Assembly (NCBI GenBank): GCA_001800285.1
Contig: MGVC01000005.1
Location: 18,476-82,475, forward strand
Source of the DNA: Elusimicrobia bacterium RIFOXYA2_FULL_39_19
GTDB lineage: Bacteria; Elusimicrobiota; Endomicrobiia; CG1-02-37-114; XYA2-FULL-39-19
Reading direction: 5' to 3'
Length of the DNA stretch: 64,000 nucleotides
Part shown: in pieces, positions 1-8,186 of the stretch
Layout: each line of letters begins with the position of its first letter
How positions within the stretch are numbered: the first letter of the stretch is position 1
Notes under the pieces: generated by a model
Databases searched by the model: none
Seen by the model: the letters and a program-made list of their open reading frames with translations, nothing else
Told to the model about the DNA's origin: nothing
Position numbers and translations under genes: made by a program

Positions 1-2837
1 TCTTTGTTTTCATTTACGGCTATTTCAAACAGCGTATCCTGGCCCTGCACCATTTTGTTTCTTCTTTCCAGCAGTTCTTCCAGCTGGTCTATGGCTTTTG
101 CGCGCACATAGGAAGGCAGGGAAATTTTATCTTTTAAACCGGTAAAATCAAAAGCGCCCGCTTTTATAAGCGATTCTATTACTTTTTTATTTACCTGGCG
201 GGTATCTACTCTCATGCAGAAATCCTGTAAAGATTTATACGGCCCGCTTTTGCGCCTTTGCTCAATTATTTCTTTTACTGCCATTTCACCAACGTTTTTA
301 ATTGCTAAAAGGCCGAAACGGATTTTTTCGCCTTCTACGGTAAAGGGCATATCGGATTTTAATACATCCGGCGGCAGAACTTCTATGCCGGATTCTTTGG
401 CTTCCTGAATGTAGCTTACCAGGCGCGAACCCTCTTCTTTTGCCAGGGAACTCCTGCCTATTTCACTTATCAAAAGCGCGCAGGTATATTCCAGCGGGTA
501 ATTTGCTTTCAAATAAGCGGTGCGGTAAGCCAGCAACCCGTAAGCGGCGGCGTGAGATTTATTAAACCCGTACCCGCCGAAATGCACCATGAGGTCCCAG
601 GTTTTTTTGGATATTTTTTTATCTACGCTGTTTTTATGCGCGCCTTCCATAAAGCTGACTTCCAGCTTTGCCATTTCTTCCGGAATTTTTTTACCCATGG
701 CCTTGCGCAGTACGTCAGCCTGTCCGGCTGTAAAGCCTGCCAGTTTTATGGCTATCTGCATAACCTGTTCCTGGTACACTATAACGCCGTAAGTATCTTT
801 AAGTATCGGCTCCAGGCAGGGATGGTCATACTTGATTTTGGTTTTCTGGTGTTTTCTGGACACAAAGTCATCTATCATACCGGAACCCATGGGGCCTGGG
901 CGGTACAGGGAAACCAGCGCAATAATATCTTCAAATATGGTAGGTTTAAGTTTTCGTAAAAGGTCTTTCATGCCGGAAGATTCCAGCTGAAACACGCCGG
1001 AAGTTCTGGCTTCCTGAAGCAGTTTGAAAGTATTTTTGTCATCCAGGGGCACTAAAGACAGGTCAAAGTTTTTATCCTTATTGGCATTTATAAGTTTCTG
1101 CGCTTCTTCAATAATGGTAAGCGTGCGCAGACCCAGAAAGTCCATTTTCAACATGCCTAATTTTATAAGAGCGTCATCATTATACTGTGTGGTTACTACT
1201 TCTTCATCGCCGATGGTTTTGCGCGTAGCGCGGATAAGAGGCGCAAACTTTGTAATTTCATCTTTGGCAATCACCAGCCCGGCGGCGTGCACGCCCTGGT
1301 GCCTTTTCAGGCCTTCCAGTTTCATGGAAATATCTATCATTCTTCTTATGCCTTCATCAGAATTATAAATATCTTTCAGTTCTTTTACGTTGGTTATAGA
1401 CTGGTAAAGCGTAGAGCCCTGCGGGATAAGTTTGGCTATGCGGTCGCCGTCTGCTACGGCAAAACCCATTACGCGCGCCACGTCGCGCACTACCAGGCGC
1501 GCCTGCATGGTGCCGAAAGTGATAATCTGGGCTACGTTTTTTTCGCCGTATTTGTTTCTTACATATTTTATTACTTTATCACGGCCGTAATCTGCAAAGT
1601 CTATGTCCAGGTCAGGCATGGTTTTTCTGTCGGGGTTTAAAAATCTTTCAAACAGCAGGCCGTATTTTAGCGGGCAGATATCCGTAATACCCAGTGAGTA
1701 GGAAACTATGGCTCCGGCACCGGAGCCTCTGCCGGGGCCAACGGGCACGCCGTTATTTTTAGCGTACTGCACAAAATCATTTACAATTAAAAAGTATTGC
1801 GAAAAACCCATTTTACTAATTACCGATAGCTCAAAATCCAGCCGCGCTTGTATTGCCGAGGTCACTTCTTTATATCTTTTCTTTAAACCTGCTTCGCAGA
1901 GTTTTCTTAAATAGGTATCTGCGGTTTCCCCTTTTGGAACTTCATAGTGGGGCAGGTAGGTCTGGTCAAAACTTAAGCGCAGATTGCACTTTTCGGCTAT
2001 TCTTATGGTGTTTTTTATGGCTTCAGGATAGGCGCTGAAAACTTTCATCATTTCTTCTGGCAGTTTATAATAAAACTGATTTGTGGAAAATTTCAAACGG
2101 GTCGGGTCATCAAGTTTTTTACCCGTGCCTATGCATAAAAGCGCATCGTGCGATGTGTAGGCGTCTTCTTTGTGCAGGTAGTGGCAGTCATTGGTGGCAA
2201 CAATGGGTGTTTCAGTTTTGTTGGCAAGCTCAATAAGCTTCGGTAGTACTGCCCTCTGCTCTACCATGCCGTTATCCATAATCTCTATATAAACATTTTC
2301 CGCGCCGAAAATATCTTTATACTTATCCAGCAAATCATACGCCAGTTCTTTATTGCCGGAAGCCAGCGCTTCGGGTATCTGGCCGTGCAGGCAGCCGGTC
2401 AGGCAGATAAGCCCCTTGCTGTATTTTCTAAGCACTTCATAATCAACGCGCGGTTTATAATAAAACCCTTCCAGAAAACCTATGCTGACTAAACGCATCA
2501 GATTATTATAACCTTCAAGGTCTTTTGAAAGCAGGGTTAAATGGAAAGTTTTGCCTATGGTTTCCGGTTTGCTTTTGTCTAAAATTCTGGTTTTATCGGT
2601 GACATAAACCTCACAGCCTACAATGGGTTTAATGCCTTCATTTATGCAGGTAGAGTAAAACTCTATGGCGCCGGACATATTGCCGTGGTCTGTAATGGCC
2701 AGGGCAGGCATTTTATAGCTGGATACAAATTTTATCAGCTCTGACGGGCCGCCTTTATCGTTTACAATACGGCAGGCGCCGTCAAGCAGTGAATATTCCG
2801 TATGATTGTGCAGATGTACAAACTGTGAATTCGGCAT
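1..2837 (-). CDS. dnaE: DNA polymerase III alpha subunit, N-terminal ~945 codons. The ORF leaves the window at position 1, so it is absent from the supplied ORF track.
   Basis: The reverse complement from 2837 reads MPNSQFVHLHNHTEYSLLDGACRIVNDKGGPSELIKFVSSYKMPALAITDHGNMSGAIEFYSTCINEGIKPIVGCEVYV. This is a PHP-domain N-terminus typical of DnaE (HLHxHTxYSxLDG, ITDHGxM). An AAAGGAA Shine-Dalgarno lies just upstream. The frame is still open at the window edge (..NKMVQGQDTLFEIAVNENKE). I checked the frame only at both ends. The + strand ORFs 214-2038 lie antisense to it. Confidence 0.85.
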   Translation of the reverse strand, partial: MPNSQFVHLHNHTEYSLLDGACRIVNDKGGPSELIKFVSSYKMPALAITDHGNMSGAIEFYSTCINEGIKPIVGCEVYVTDKTRILDKSKPETIGKTFHLTLLSKDLEGYNNLMRLVSIGFLEGFYYKPRVDYEVLRKYSKGLICLTGCLHGQIPEALASGNKELAYDLLDKYKDIFGAENVYIEIMDNGMVEQRAVLPKLIELANKTETPIVATNDCHYLHKEDAYTSHDALLCIGTGKKLDDPTRLKFSTNQFYYKLPEEMMKVFSAYPEAIKNTIRIAEKCNLRLSFDQTYLPHYEVPKGETADTYLRKLCEAGLKKRYKEVTSAIQARLDFELSVISKMGFSQYFLIVNDFVQYAKNNGVPVGPGRGSGAGAIVSYSLGITDICPLKYGLLFERFLNPDRKTMPDLDIDFADYGRDKVIKYVRNKYGEKNVAQIITFGTMQARLVVRDVARVMGFAVADGDRIAKLIPQGSTLYQSITNVKELKDIYNSDEGIRRMIDISMKLEGLKRHQGVHAAGLVIAKDEITKFAPLIRATRKTIGDEEVVTTQYNDDALIKLGMLKMDFLGLRTLTIIEEAQKLINANKDKNFDLSLVPLDDKNTFKLLQEARTSGVFQLESSGMKDLLRKLKPTIFEDIIALVSLYRPGPMGSGMIDDFVSRKHQKTKIKYDHPCLEPILKDTYGVIVYQEQVMQIAIKLAGFTAGQADVLRKAMGKKIPEEMAKLEVSFMEGAHKNSVDKKISKKTWDLMVHFGGYGFNKSHAAAYGLLAYRTAYLKANYPLEYTCALLISEIGRSSLAKEEGSRLVSYIQEAKESGIEVLPPDVLKSDMPFTVEGEKIRFGLLAIKNVGEMAVKEIIEQRRKSGPYKSLQDFCMRVDTRQVNKKVIESLIKAGAFDFTGLKDKISLPSYVRAKAIDQLEELLERRNKMVQGQDTLFEIAVNENK

Positions 2838-2847
2838 TTATTCCTTT

Positions 2848-4026
2848 CTATATTCCCAAATCTGTGGGCGCCCGGCCTATACTGCGCAGCAGGGCAATAA
2901 CTCTGCTGATATTAGCGGTTACTTTTATGTCTGTACCGGCTCTTTGGGGATAGATTTCATAAAGTTTCCGGTATTTTTCGGGTGTCAGGTTTATCATCAG
3001 CGAATTTCCGCCCGCCATTAAACCGCTTTTGGCGCCGTTTTCTTTATCCAGCGTTTCTAATGATGTGGTAACAAGTATTTTTGCTTCCGGGCAGGCAAGG
3101 CGCGCTTTGGCTATGGCGTTTAACGCCAGTTCCAAAGACGGTTTGTTTTCATTTGCCAGCGGTGTCTGCGGATGCGGTATAAAAGGCCCGAAAGAAAACA
3201 TATCCGTGCCAAGCGCTGTAGTAAGTTTGATATCATTTTCTAAATCTTCCCGGGTCTGCCCCGGCAGGCCTGCTAAAAATCCGGTAAAAATCAGGTAACC
3301 CATGTCCCGCAGCTGTTTAATCAGTTCCAGGCGTTTATTAAAATCACTGTCCGGTTTCATTTTTTTATATAACTGCGGATTGCTGGTTTCAAACCTTAAC
3401 AGCACGCCGCGGGCGCCTTCGTCATACAGGCGTTTATAAAAAGATATATCTTTTTCCCCTACGCTTAAAATAAGCAGTATGGGTGTTTTTTCCATTATGG
3501 ATTTTACTACAGAACCCATTATTTCTGCTGTATAGCTGTCATCTTCACCGGACTGCAGGACCAGCGCTTTAAAACCGTGCAGATTTATTGCGTCAGCCGC
3601 CGACTGAATAATTTCATCGGGCTCCATTTGGTATCTTTTAAGCTGTTTATTATCTTTTCTTAAACCGCAGTACAGGCAGTTATGTTTGCAGTAGTTTGAA
3701 AATTCTATTATTCCGTGCACACAGCAGGAATTGCCGGAATATTTATGGCGCACGGCATTGGCCTTTTCATACATGGTTTTTGTTTCCCGGGCAAGGTTTT
3801 TATCTACCTGTGCAAGCTCATGAAACATTTCTTTCCAGGACTCCAGCACCGGCAGGGCCTCGCGCTCTGATATTCTTTGGATTACCAGCCCGCCCTGGGC
3901 ATAAATGTATTCGCCTAAAGCAAGGTTATAAAATTCATTTCTTGCTTTCTTTTGCTCACCGAAGTATTCTACGGTGATTATTTTATCGTTAATTTCTACT
4001 ACTTTTCCCGGAATGGCGTAGCACAT
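2848..4026 (-). CDS. hydE: [FeFe]-hydrogenase maturase HydE (radical SAM) with an N-terminal HypC/HupF-like domain
   Basis: aa 1-~70, MCYAIPGKVVEINDKIITVEYFGEQKKARNEF..LGEYIYAQGGLVIQRISEREA, follow the HypC pattern (Met-Cys-x-AIPGKVVEI ... GDYVLVHxGxAI..EEA). aa ~95-392 match HydE as I recall it from Thermotoga: IIEFSNYCKHNCLYCGLRKDN (CX3CX2C), LQSGED, GLPGQT, FGPFIPHPQTPLANE. Confidence 0.8.
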   Translation of the reverse strand: MCYAIPGKVVEINDKIITVEYFGEQKKARNEFYNLALGEYIYAQGGLVIQRISEREALPVLESWKEMFHELAQVDKNLARETKTMYEKANAVRHKYSGNSCCVHGIIEFSNYCKHNCLYCGLRKDNKQLKRYQMEPDEIIQSAADAINLHGFKALVLQSGEDDSYTAEIMGSVVKSIMEKTPILLILSVGEKDISFYKRLYDEGARGVLLRFETSNPQLYKKMKPDSDFNKRLELIKQLRDMGYLIFTGFLAGLPGQTREDLENDIKLTTALGTDMFSFGPFIPHPQTPLANENKPSLELALNAIAKARLACPEAKILVTTSLETLDKENGAKSGLMAGGNSLMINLTPEKYRKLYEIYPQRAGTDIKVTANISRVIALLRSIGRAPTDLGI

Positions 4027-4040
4027 TTTGTTTTAGGGGT

Positions 4041-5411
4041 TCAGTAAAACAAATCCCGTTCTCCATTTTTTATCTGCGCCAGTTTATCTGTTACCTGCGC
4101 ACGCATTTTCTTATCTTCAATTTTGTTTAAATAATGGTTTATTAATTTATAGCCGGGTTTGTAGGCGCCGTTTTGTTTTGCAAAATCTTCCAGATATTCA
4201 GCAAAGGTCAGCAGGCCGTTTACCCGGCAGAATTTATGTATTTCACCTGGTTTGGACAGTTCCATGAAATGTTCACCGGTCCTGCCCAGCCGGTAACATG
4301 CCGTGCAGAAACTTGGCAGCAGTTTTTGCGGCAGAATGGATTTTATAACTTCGCTTAAAGAACGTTCATCACTTACTTCAAACTGCACGCCCTTTTTTTT
4401 GTTTCCGTAACCGCCCACTTCCGTAACACTGGCGGCGGACGCCTGGGAAATACCCAGTTTAAAAGCCTGTTTTCTTATCTGCGCGCTTTCCCGGGTGCTG
4501 ATAATCATGCCTGTGTAAGGGACAGCAAGGCGCAGTATGGCAATAAGTTTTAAAAAGTCATTATCTGCTACCGGATATTCCGGCTTATAAGTTACAGACG
4601 GCGCTGGCCGGAATCTGGGTACAGAAATAGTGTGCGGGCCGGTGCCGTGCTTTTTTTCCAGGTAATCTGCGTGCATAATAAGAGCCAGCACCTCAAAGCG
4701 CCAGTCATAAAGCCCGAATAAAACACCGAGGCCTATATCATCAAGGCCTGCTTTGAATGCTTTATCATACGCGGTTAACTGCCTTTGATAATCTGCTTTT
4801 AAGCCTGTATGCAGTTTTTCAAAAGTTTCTTTGTGGTAAGTTTCCTGAAAGAGCTGGTAGGTGCCTATTTTTGATTTTTTAAGTTTCCTGTAATTTTCTT
4901 CAGTGGTGGCGGCAATGTTTACGTTTATCCGGCGTATTGAACCCCTGGGTGTTTTTACAGAGTATATGGTTTCTATGGCTTTGGTTATGTAATCAATGGT
5001 ATTTTTTTCACTGTCTTCGCCAAGCTCCAGCAAGACTCTTTTGTGGCCTGCATTAATAAGGTACGTTACCTGGGCCTTAATTTCTTCAAAAGAAAGTTTT
5101 TTTCTTTTAAGCGCGGTATTTTCTTTATGAAAATTGCAATAATCGCAGTTATTAACGCAGTAATCGGAAATATACAGCGGGGCAAAAAATACAATTCTTT
5201 CGCCGTAAATTTCGTTTTTAATATGGTTTGCCGTTTCAAATAGCTTATTGATAAGTTTTTTGTTTTTTAGGTTTAGCAGTATGCCCGCTTCTTTAAGACT
5301 GAGGCCTTTTTTCTGACGGGCTTTTTTAAGTACTGCTAAAACAGCTTTATCAGCAGGACTTTGTGTCTGCTTTAAAATACCGTTTATAACCTGTTCATTT
5401 ATTATGTTCAT
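4041..5411 (-). CDS. hydG: [FeFe]-hydrogenase maturase HydG (tyrosine-lyase type radical SAM)
   Basis: Radical SAM motif CVNNCDYCNF. The C-terminal CTACYRLGRTGEHFMELSKPGEIHKFC is CX2CX22C, the auxiliary-cluster motif that distinguishes HydG from ThiH. The ORF opens at 5498, but the ATG at 5411 (MNIINEQ..) has an AGGAAAA RBS, and the 29 upstream codons overlap a hairpin, so I prefer 5411. Confidence 0.85.
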   Translation of the reverse strand: MNIINEQVINGILKQTQSPADKAVLAVLKKARQKKGLSLKEAGILLNLKNKKLINKLFETANHIKNEIYGERIVFFAPLYISDYCVNNCDYCNFHKENTALKRKKLSFEEIKAQVTYLINAGHKRVLLELGEDSEKNTIDYITKAIETIYSVKTPRGSIRRINVNIAATTEENYRKLKKSKIGTYQLFQETYHKETFEKLHTGLKADYQRQLTAYDKAFKAGLDDIGLGVLFGLYDWRFEVLALIMHADYLEKKHGTGPHTISVPRFRPAPSVTYKPEYPVADNDFLKLIAILRLAVPYTGMIISTRESAQIRKQAFKLGISQASAASVTEVGGYGNKKKGVQFEVSDERSLSEVIKSILPQKLLPSFCTACYRLGRTGEHFMELSKPGEIHKFCRVNGLLTFAEYLEDFAKQNGAYKPGYKLINHYLNKIEDKKMRAQVTDKLAQIKNGERDLFY

Positions 5412-5474
5412 AACATATTTTCCTGTTATTTTTCTGATCCTCTCCACTTGCAGATTGTGTCGCAATTTTGGAAT

Positions 5475-5611
5475 GTAGTGGCCAAGCTTGCTTGGCAATA
5501 TTAAATAGCACCGTCTTTTATCATCTGTCTGCCGACCAAGACCTACTATCCTTCCAAGCGGATGTCTGTAGGCACGAATAATGTTGCTGGTCGGCCACTA
5601 CCATTATAACA
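5475..5611 (-). promoter_or_regulatory. Nested inverted repeats plus an extended -10 (TGTTATAAT) in the hypA-hydG spacer
   Basis: Minus strand TGTTATAAT at 5603-5611. Inverted repeat pairs: GTAGTGGCC/GGCCACTAC (5593-5601 with 5475-5483), GCCGACCA/TGGTCGGC (5531-5538 with 5588-5595), CCTAC/GTAGG (5542-5546 with 5568-5572), ATCC/GGAT, and the hairpin GCCAAG-CTTG-CTTGGC (5481-5496). Confidence 0.35.
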
Positions 5612-5648
5612 CAGTATGTTGCGTGATGGCGAAGTGATGGGTGTGGCT

Positions 5649-5999
5649 TTACTTATCGCCTTCTATGCTTTCAAGATATATGTCTTTCCCCGAAACCAGC
5701 TCAATATTTTTGCTTTTACATTTCGGGCACCCATCAAAAGTAATGGTGTCCGCAGTAATTTCTTCCCCGCAATTCAGGCATTTTGAGCGCAGGGGCTCTT
5801 TTATTACAACAAGTTTTGCTTTGTCTGCTATGGTGCCGGGAAATATATGATCTATAAAACTGTGGCGCAACAGGTCTTCCAGCACACCGCCGGCTTCGCC
5901 TAGCTTTACTGTTACCTTGGTTACTTTTTTGAGGTTATTGTGCTTGGCTTCTATTAATAGTTTTTCAAACAAGTCTCTTGCTATACCGGTTTCATGCAT
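5649..5999 (-). CDS. hypA: [NiFe]-hydrogenase nickel-insertion protein HypA
   Basis: 116 aa with an MHETGIARDL N-terminus (the MHE metal-binding start typical of HypA) and a zinc site CLNCGEE..x..CPKCKS (CxxC-Xn-CxxC). Confidence 0.85.
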   Translation of the reverse strand: MHETGIARDLFEKLLIEAKHNNLKKVTKVTVKLGEAGGVLEDLLRHSFIDHIFPGTIADKAKLVVIKEPLRSKCLNCGEEITADTITFDGCPKCKSKNIELVSGKDIYLESIEGDK

Positions 6000-6064
6000 T
6001 GGAGTTTTCTCTTTCTTTGGGTTATTTAGGTTGATAAACGTTGGCAGGTGTTTCCTGTAGGAAC

Positions 6065-6093
6065 ATTCTACAAAATAAGGGCTCTCAATTCAA
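6065..6093 (-). promoter_or_regulatory. Sigma70-type promoter candidate for hypA
   Basis: Minus strand TTGAAT (6088-6093), 17 nt spacer, TAGAAT (6065-6070). It is followed by the near-palindrome TGTTCCTACAGGAAACA. Confidence 0.4.
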
Positions 6094-6137
6094 ACAAAAT
6101 GAAATCATGGTAGCCATTGCCGCCAGAACACGATTGA

Positions 6138-6166
6138 TTGACAATAATCTTCACTATTTATATAAT
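6138..6166 (+). promoter_or_regulatory. Consensus sigma70 promoter, TTGACA-17-TATAAT
   Basis: TTGACA at 6138-6143, a 17 nt spacer, TATAAT at 6161-6166. An ATG at 6173 lies only 6 nt after the -10. Confidence 0.5.
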
Positions 6167-6172
6167 TCTTTT

Positions 6173-6403
6173 ATGGCAGGCGAAATAGGAATTTCCAAAT
6201 GGTTGTCGTATTCTTCAGCGCAAAAAATAAAACATTTAAAAACTACCGAAAATAAACGCGCCGTTAAACTGCAGAAATTAACCTACGCACAAGCTGTAAA
6301 ACAAACCCACCAGTTGCTCCGTTATGTAGATTTATTGCCGCATAAAACACGCAGGCATAAACCTGTTGGTATTGGAGTTACCCTTGGCACACATAAAGTT
6401 TGA
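6173..6403 (+). CDS. Hypothetical small basic protein (76 aa), possibly leaderless. The coding status is uncertain.
   Basis: In-frame ATG (M45 of the listed ORF 6041-6403) directly after the consensus promoter. The Lys/Arg-rich sequence has no motif I recognise. Confidence 0.3.
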   Translation: MAGEIGISKWLSYSSAQKIKHLKTTENKRAVKLQKLTYAQAVKQTHQLLRYVDLLPHKTRRHKPVGIGVTLGTHKV

Positions 6404-6426
6404 AGACGGCGTGCTATTATTTCTGC

Positions 6427-6981
6427 TTACTTTTCCTGCAATAAAATAACGTTGCAATTCTTGTCAAATTCCTTTAAAACTTCCTGGCTGACTCTTTTAT
6501 AAATCTCAAAATCTTCATACACTATGGCAAACACACCGCTTTCTGACGGCTCTGCATTAATTGAAAGAATAGTTTTACCGTCATTCCATTTCAGCGTGCC
6601 GTCATTTATGCAGGCAGGCCCATAAATTGCATTATAATAATCGCATATTTTTCCGTGAAACCCGCAAAATTCATCCATAGAATCATTATCATTTATGGAA
6701 TAAATTGTATGTATGCTGTACAACTGCCTGTCGTAAAATATCAGATTAACATATTTCACATATTTGTTATCAACGTCGTTTAACAGTACATTGCCCCAAT
6801 GTTTACTGCTTTCCATATCCTTTTTATAGTTGCCGGTAAAAACCAGGTTGCTGAAACTGGTACCCAGCGTGTAGCCGTAAAGAGTGCGTTTCAGGCTTGG
6901 GCTTGAACGAAGAAGGGCCTGAGCGTTTAACATACTCATAAAACCGGATAAAACAATTAAAAACATTATAATCTTTTTCAT
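6427..6981 (-). CDS. Hypothetical secreted protein, last gene of the giant-protein operon
   Basis: N-terminal signal peptide MKKIIMFLIVLSGFMSMLNAQA. No recognisable domain. Confidence 0.6.
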   Translation of the reverse strand: MKKIIMFLIVLSGFMSMLNAQALLRSSPSLKRTLYGYTLGTSFSNLVFTGNYKKDMESSKHWGNVLLNDVDNKYVKYVNLIFYDRQLYSIHTIYSINDNDSMDEFCGFHGKICDYYNAIYGPACINDGTLKWNDGKTILSINAEPSESGVFAIVYEDFEIYKRVSQEVLKEFDKNCNVILLQEK

Positions 6982-7070
6982 AAAGCCTCCATTTTTTATA
7001 ACACCCTCACCTCAATCCTCTCCGATGAGGAAAGGATGAAAACAGAAGTATAATTTTGTTTTAATAAGTC

Positions 7071-8186
7071 TTATGGTGCAATATTATTTTCTGGCATGGG
7101 TAAACTTTCCAGCTTTTCTTCAGCCGGCACAACTTCCGGAACTGCTTGTATTTGTGGTTGCGTTTGGGTTTCCGGCGTTTTTTCTTCCTTTGCTTCTGGT
7201 ACAGTTGTCTGTACCAAATCTTTGCTTTTATTATATTTAAAAGGCATAGTCAGCGAAAGCCTGTAAGTATTTCCTAAATATCCGTACGGAGAAAAAGAGC
7301 AGTCCACATTTCCATAAGCACTGTTTATCCCAAACCCTGCAGACAACCCGCTGTCTGCCTGGTTGCGCCCGTTAAAACCAAGCCTTAGTTTTAGAATATG
7401 CAGTAAAGTATATTCAGCACCCATATTGATTATTAGCGGAACATCTTTTGAAAAGGTTGTATCAAAAGCAAAAAGCAGGTTTTGTTCAGGCAGAGTGTAT
7501 GCCGCGCCCAGTTTAAAATTTAACGGCAACTCTTCCTGCGTGCTGTAGAATTTTGCCCTTGTGCCAAGGTTTTGCAATACAGCTCCTGACTGAAAAACCT
7601 CATTGAATTTATACAAACATCCAATATCAATTGCTATTGCCTGTGTTTTTACAAAATCAATTCTTTCGTTTATATATTTCACGCTTAACCCGGCAGACAG
7701 CTTATCATTTAGTTGTTTTCCGCTGCCTAATGTCACCGCCATATCCTGTAAAAGATACTCACTCAGGCCATAGCCATTTCTATTTGAAATAGTAGTCCTT
7801 TGAATTGTGCCCCAGTCAACAATATTTATACTGCCGCCAAAACCAGTATTGGACACAAAGGCAAAATACCGCTGATTTATTTTCTGCAGCCAGAAAGTGT
7901 GCATAAAGTTTACTTCACTTCTTTTTATAACAGCCAAGCCGGCAGGATTATAGTACAAAGCATTAAAATCATCCGCTACGGCTGTAAAGGCCCCGCCCAT
8001 ACCTGCAGGCCTTATGCCTGTATCCAGCCTTAAAAAACCAAAAGGCGTAGTACCCGCACCTTCAGCAGACAAACGGATAGGCGCAGATAAAACACAGAAT
8101 ATACCGGCACAGAAAATCCAGAGCAGAACTCTGCTGTGTTTTCCTTTTAGAAATGAAAGTGTATTTTTTATAATTACCAGTTTCAT
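7071..8186 (-). CDS. PorV/PorQ-like outer-membrane beta-barrel protein
   Basis: Signal sequence followed by GFLRLDTGIRPAGMGGAFTAVADDFNALYYNPAGLA, which is the signature I associate with PorV-family barrels. The sequence alternates in beta-strand-like fashion down to an aromatic-rich end, followed by a Pro/Glu/Gln-rich tail. Its start codon overlaps the giant gene's stop codon (ATGA). Confidence 0.6.
   Translation of the reverse strand: MKLVIIKNTLSFLKGKHSRVLLWIFCAGIFCVLSAPIRLSAEGAGTTPFGFLRLDTGIRPAGMGGAFTAVADDFNALYYNPAGLAVIKRSEVNFMHTFWLQKINQRYFAFVSNTGFGGSINIVDWGTIQRTTISNRNGYGLSEYLLQDMAVTLGSGKQLNDKLSAGLSVKYINERIDFVKTQAIAIDIGCLYKFNEVFQSGAVLQNLGTRAKFYSTQEELPLNFKLGAAYTLPEQNLLFAFDTTFSKDVPLIINMGAEYTLLHILKLRLGFNGRNQADSGLSAGFGINSAYGNVDCSFSPYGYLGNTYRLSLTMPFKYNKSKDLVQTTVPEAKEEKTPETQTQPQIQAVPEVVPAEEKLESLPMPENNIAP

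Noticed and set aside
214-2038. Eight + strand ORFs of 61-135 aa listed in the ORF track
   Set aside because: All lie antisense to the long minus-strand dnaE frame, which has clear PHP-domain motifs. Their translations are low-complexity with no recognisable motifs.
5412-5498. 29-codon N-terminal extension of the hydG ORF (MPSKLGHYIPKLRHNLQVERIRKITGKYV)
   Set aside because: It overlaps the GCCAAG-CTTG-CTTGGC hairpin and has no RBS. The internal ATG at 5411 has an AGGA RBS and gives a normal HydG N-terminus.
6173-6403. Possible tmRNA. The text ..TYAQAV.. resembles a tag ending, and an alternate frame reads AEINLRTSCKTNPPVAPLCRFIAA*.
   Set aside because: It has no tRNA-like 3' end (no GGTTCGAnTCC T-arm and no CCA-proximal acceptor), no GGGG 5' acceptor strand, and a tag far longer than usual.
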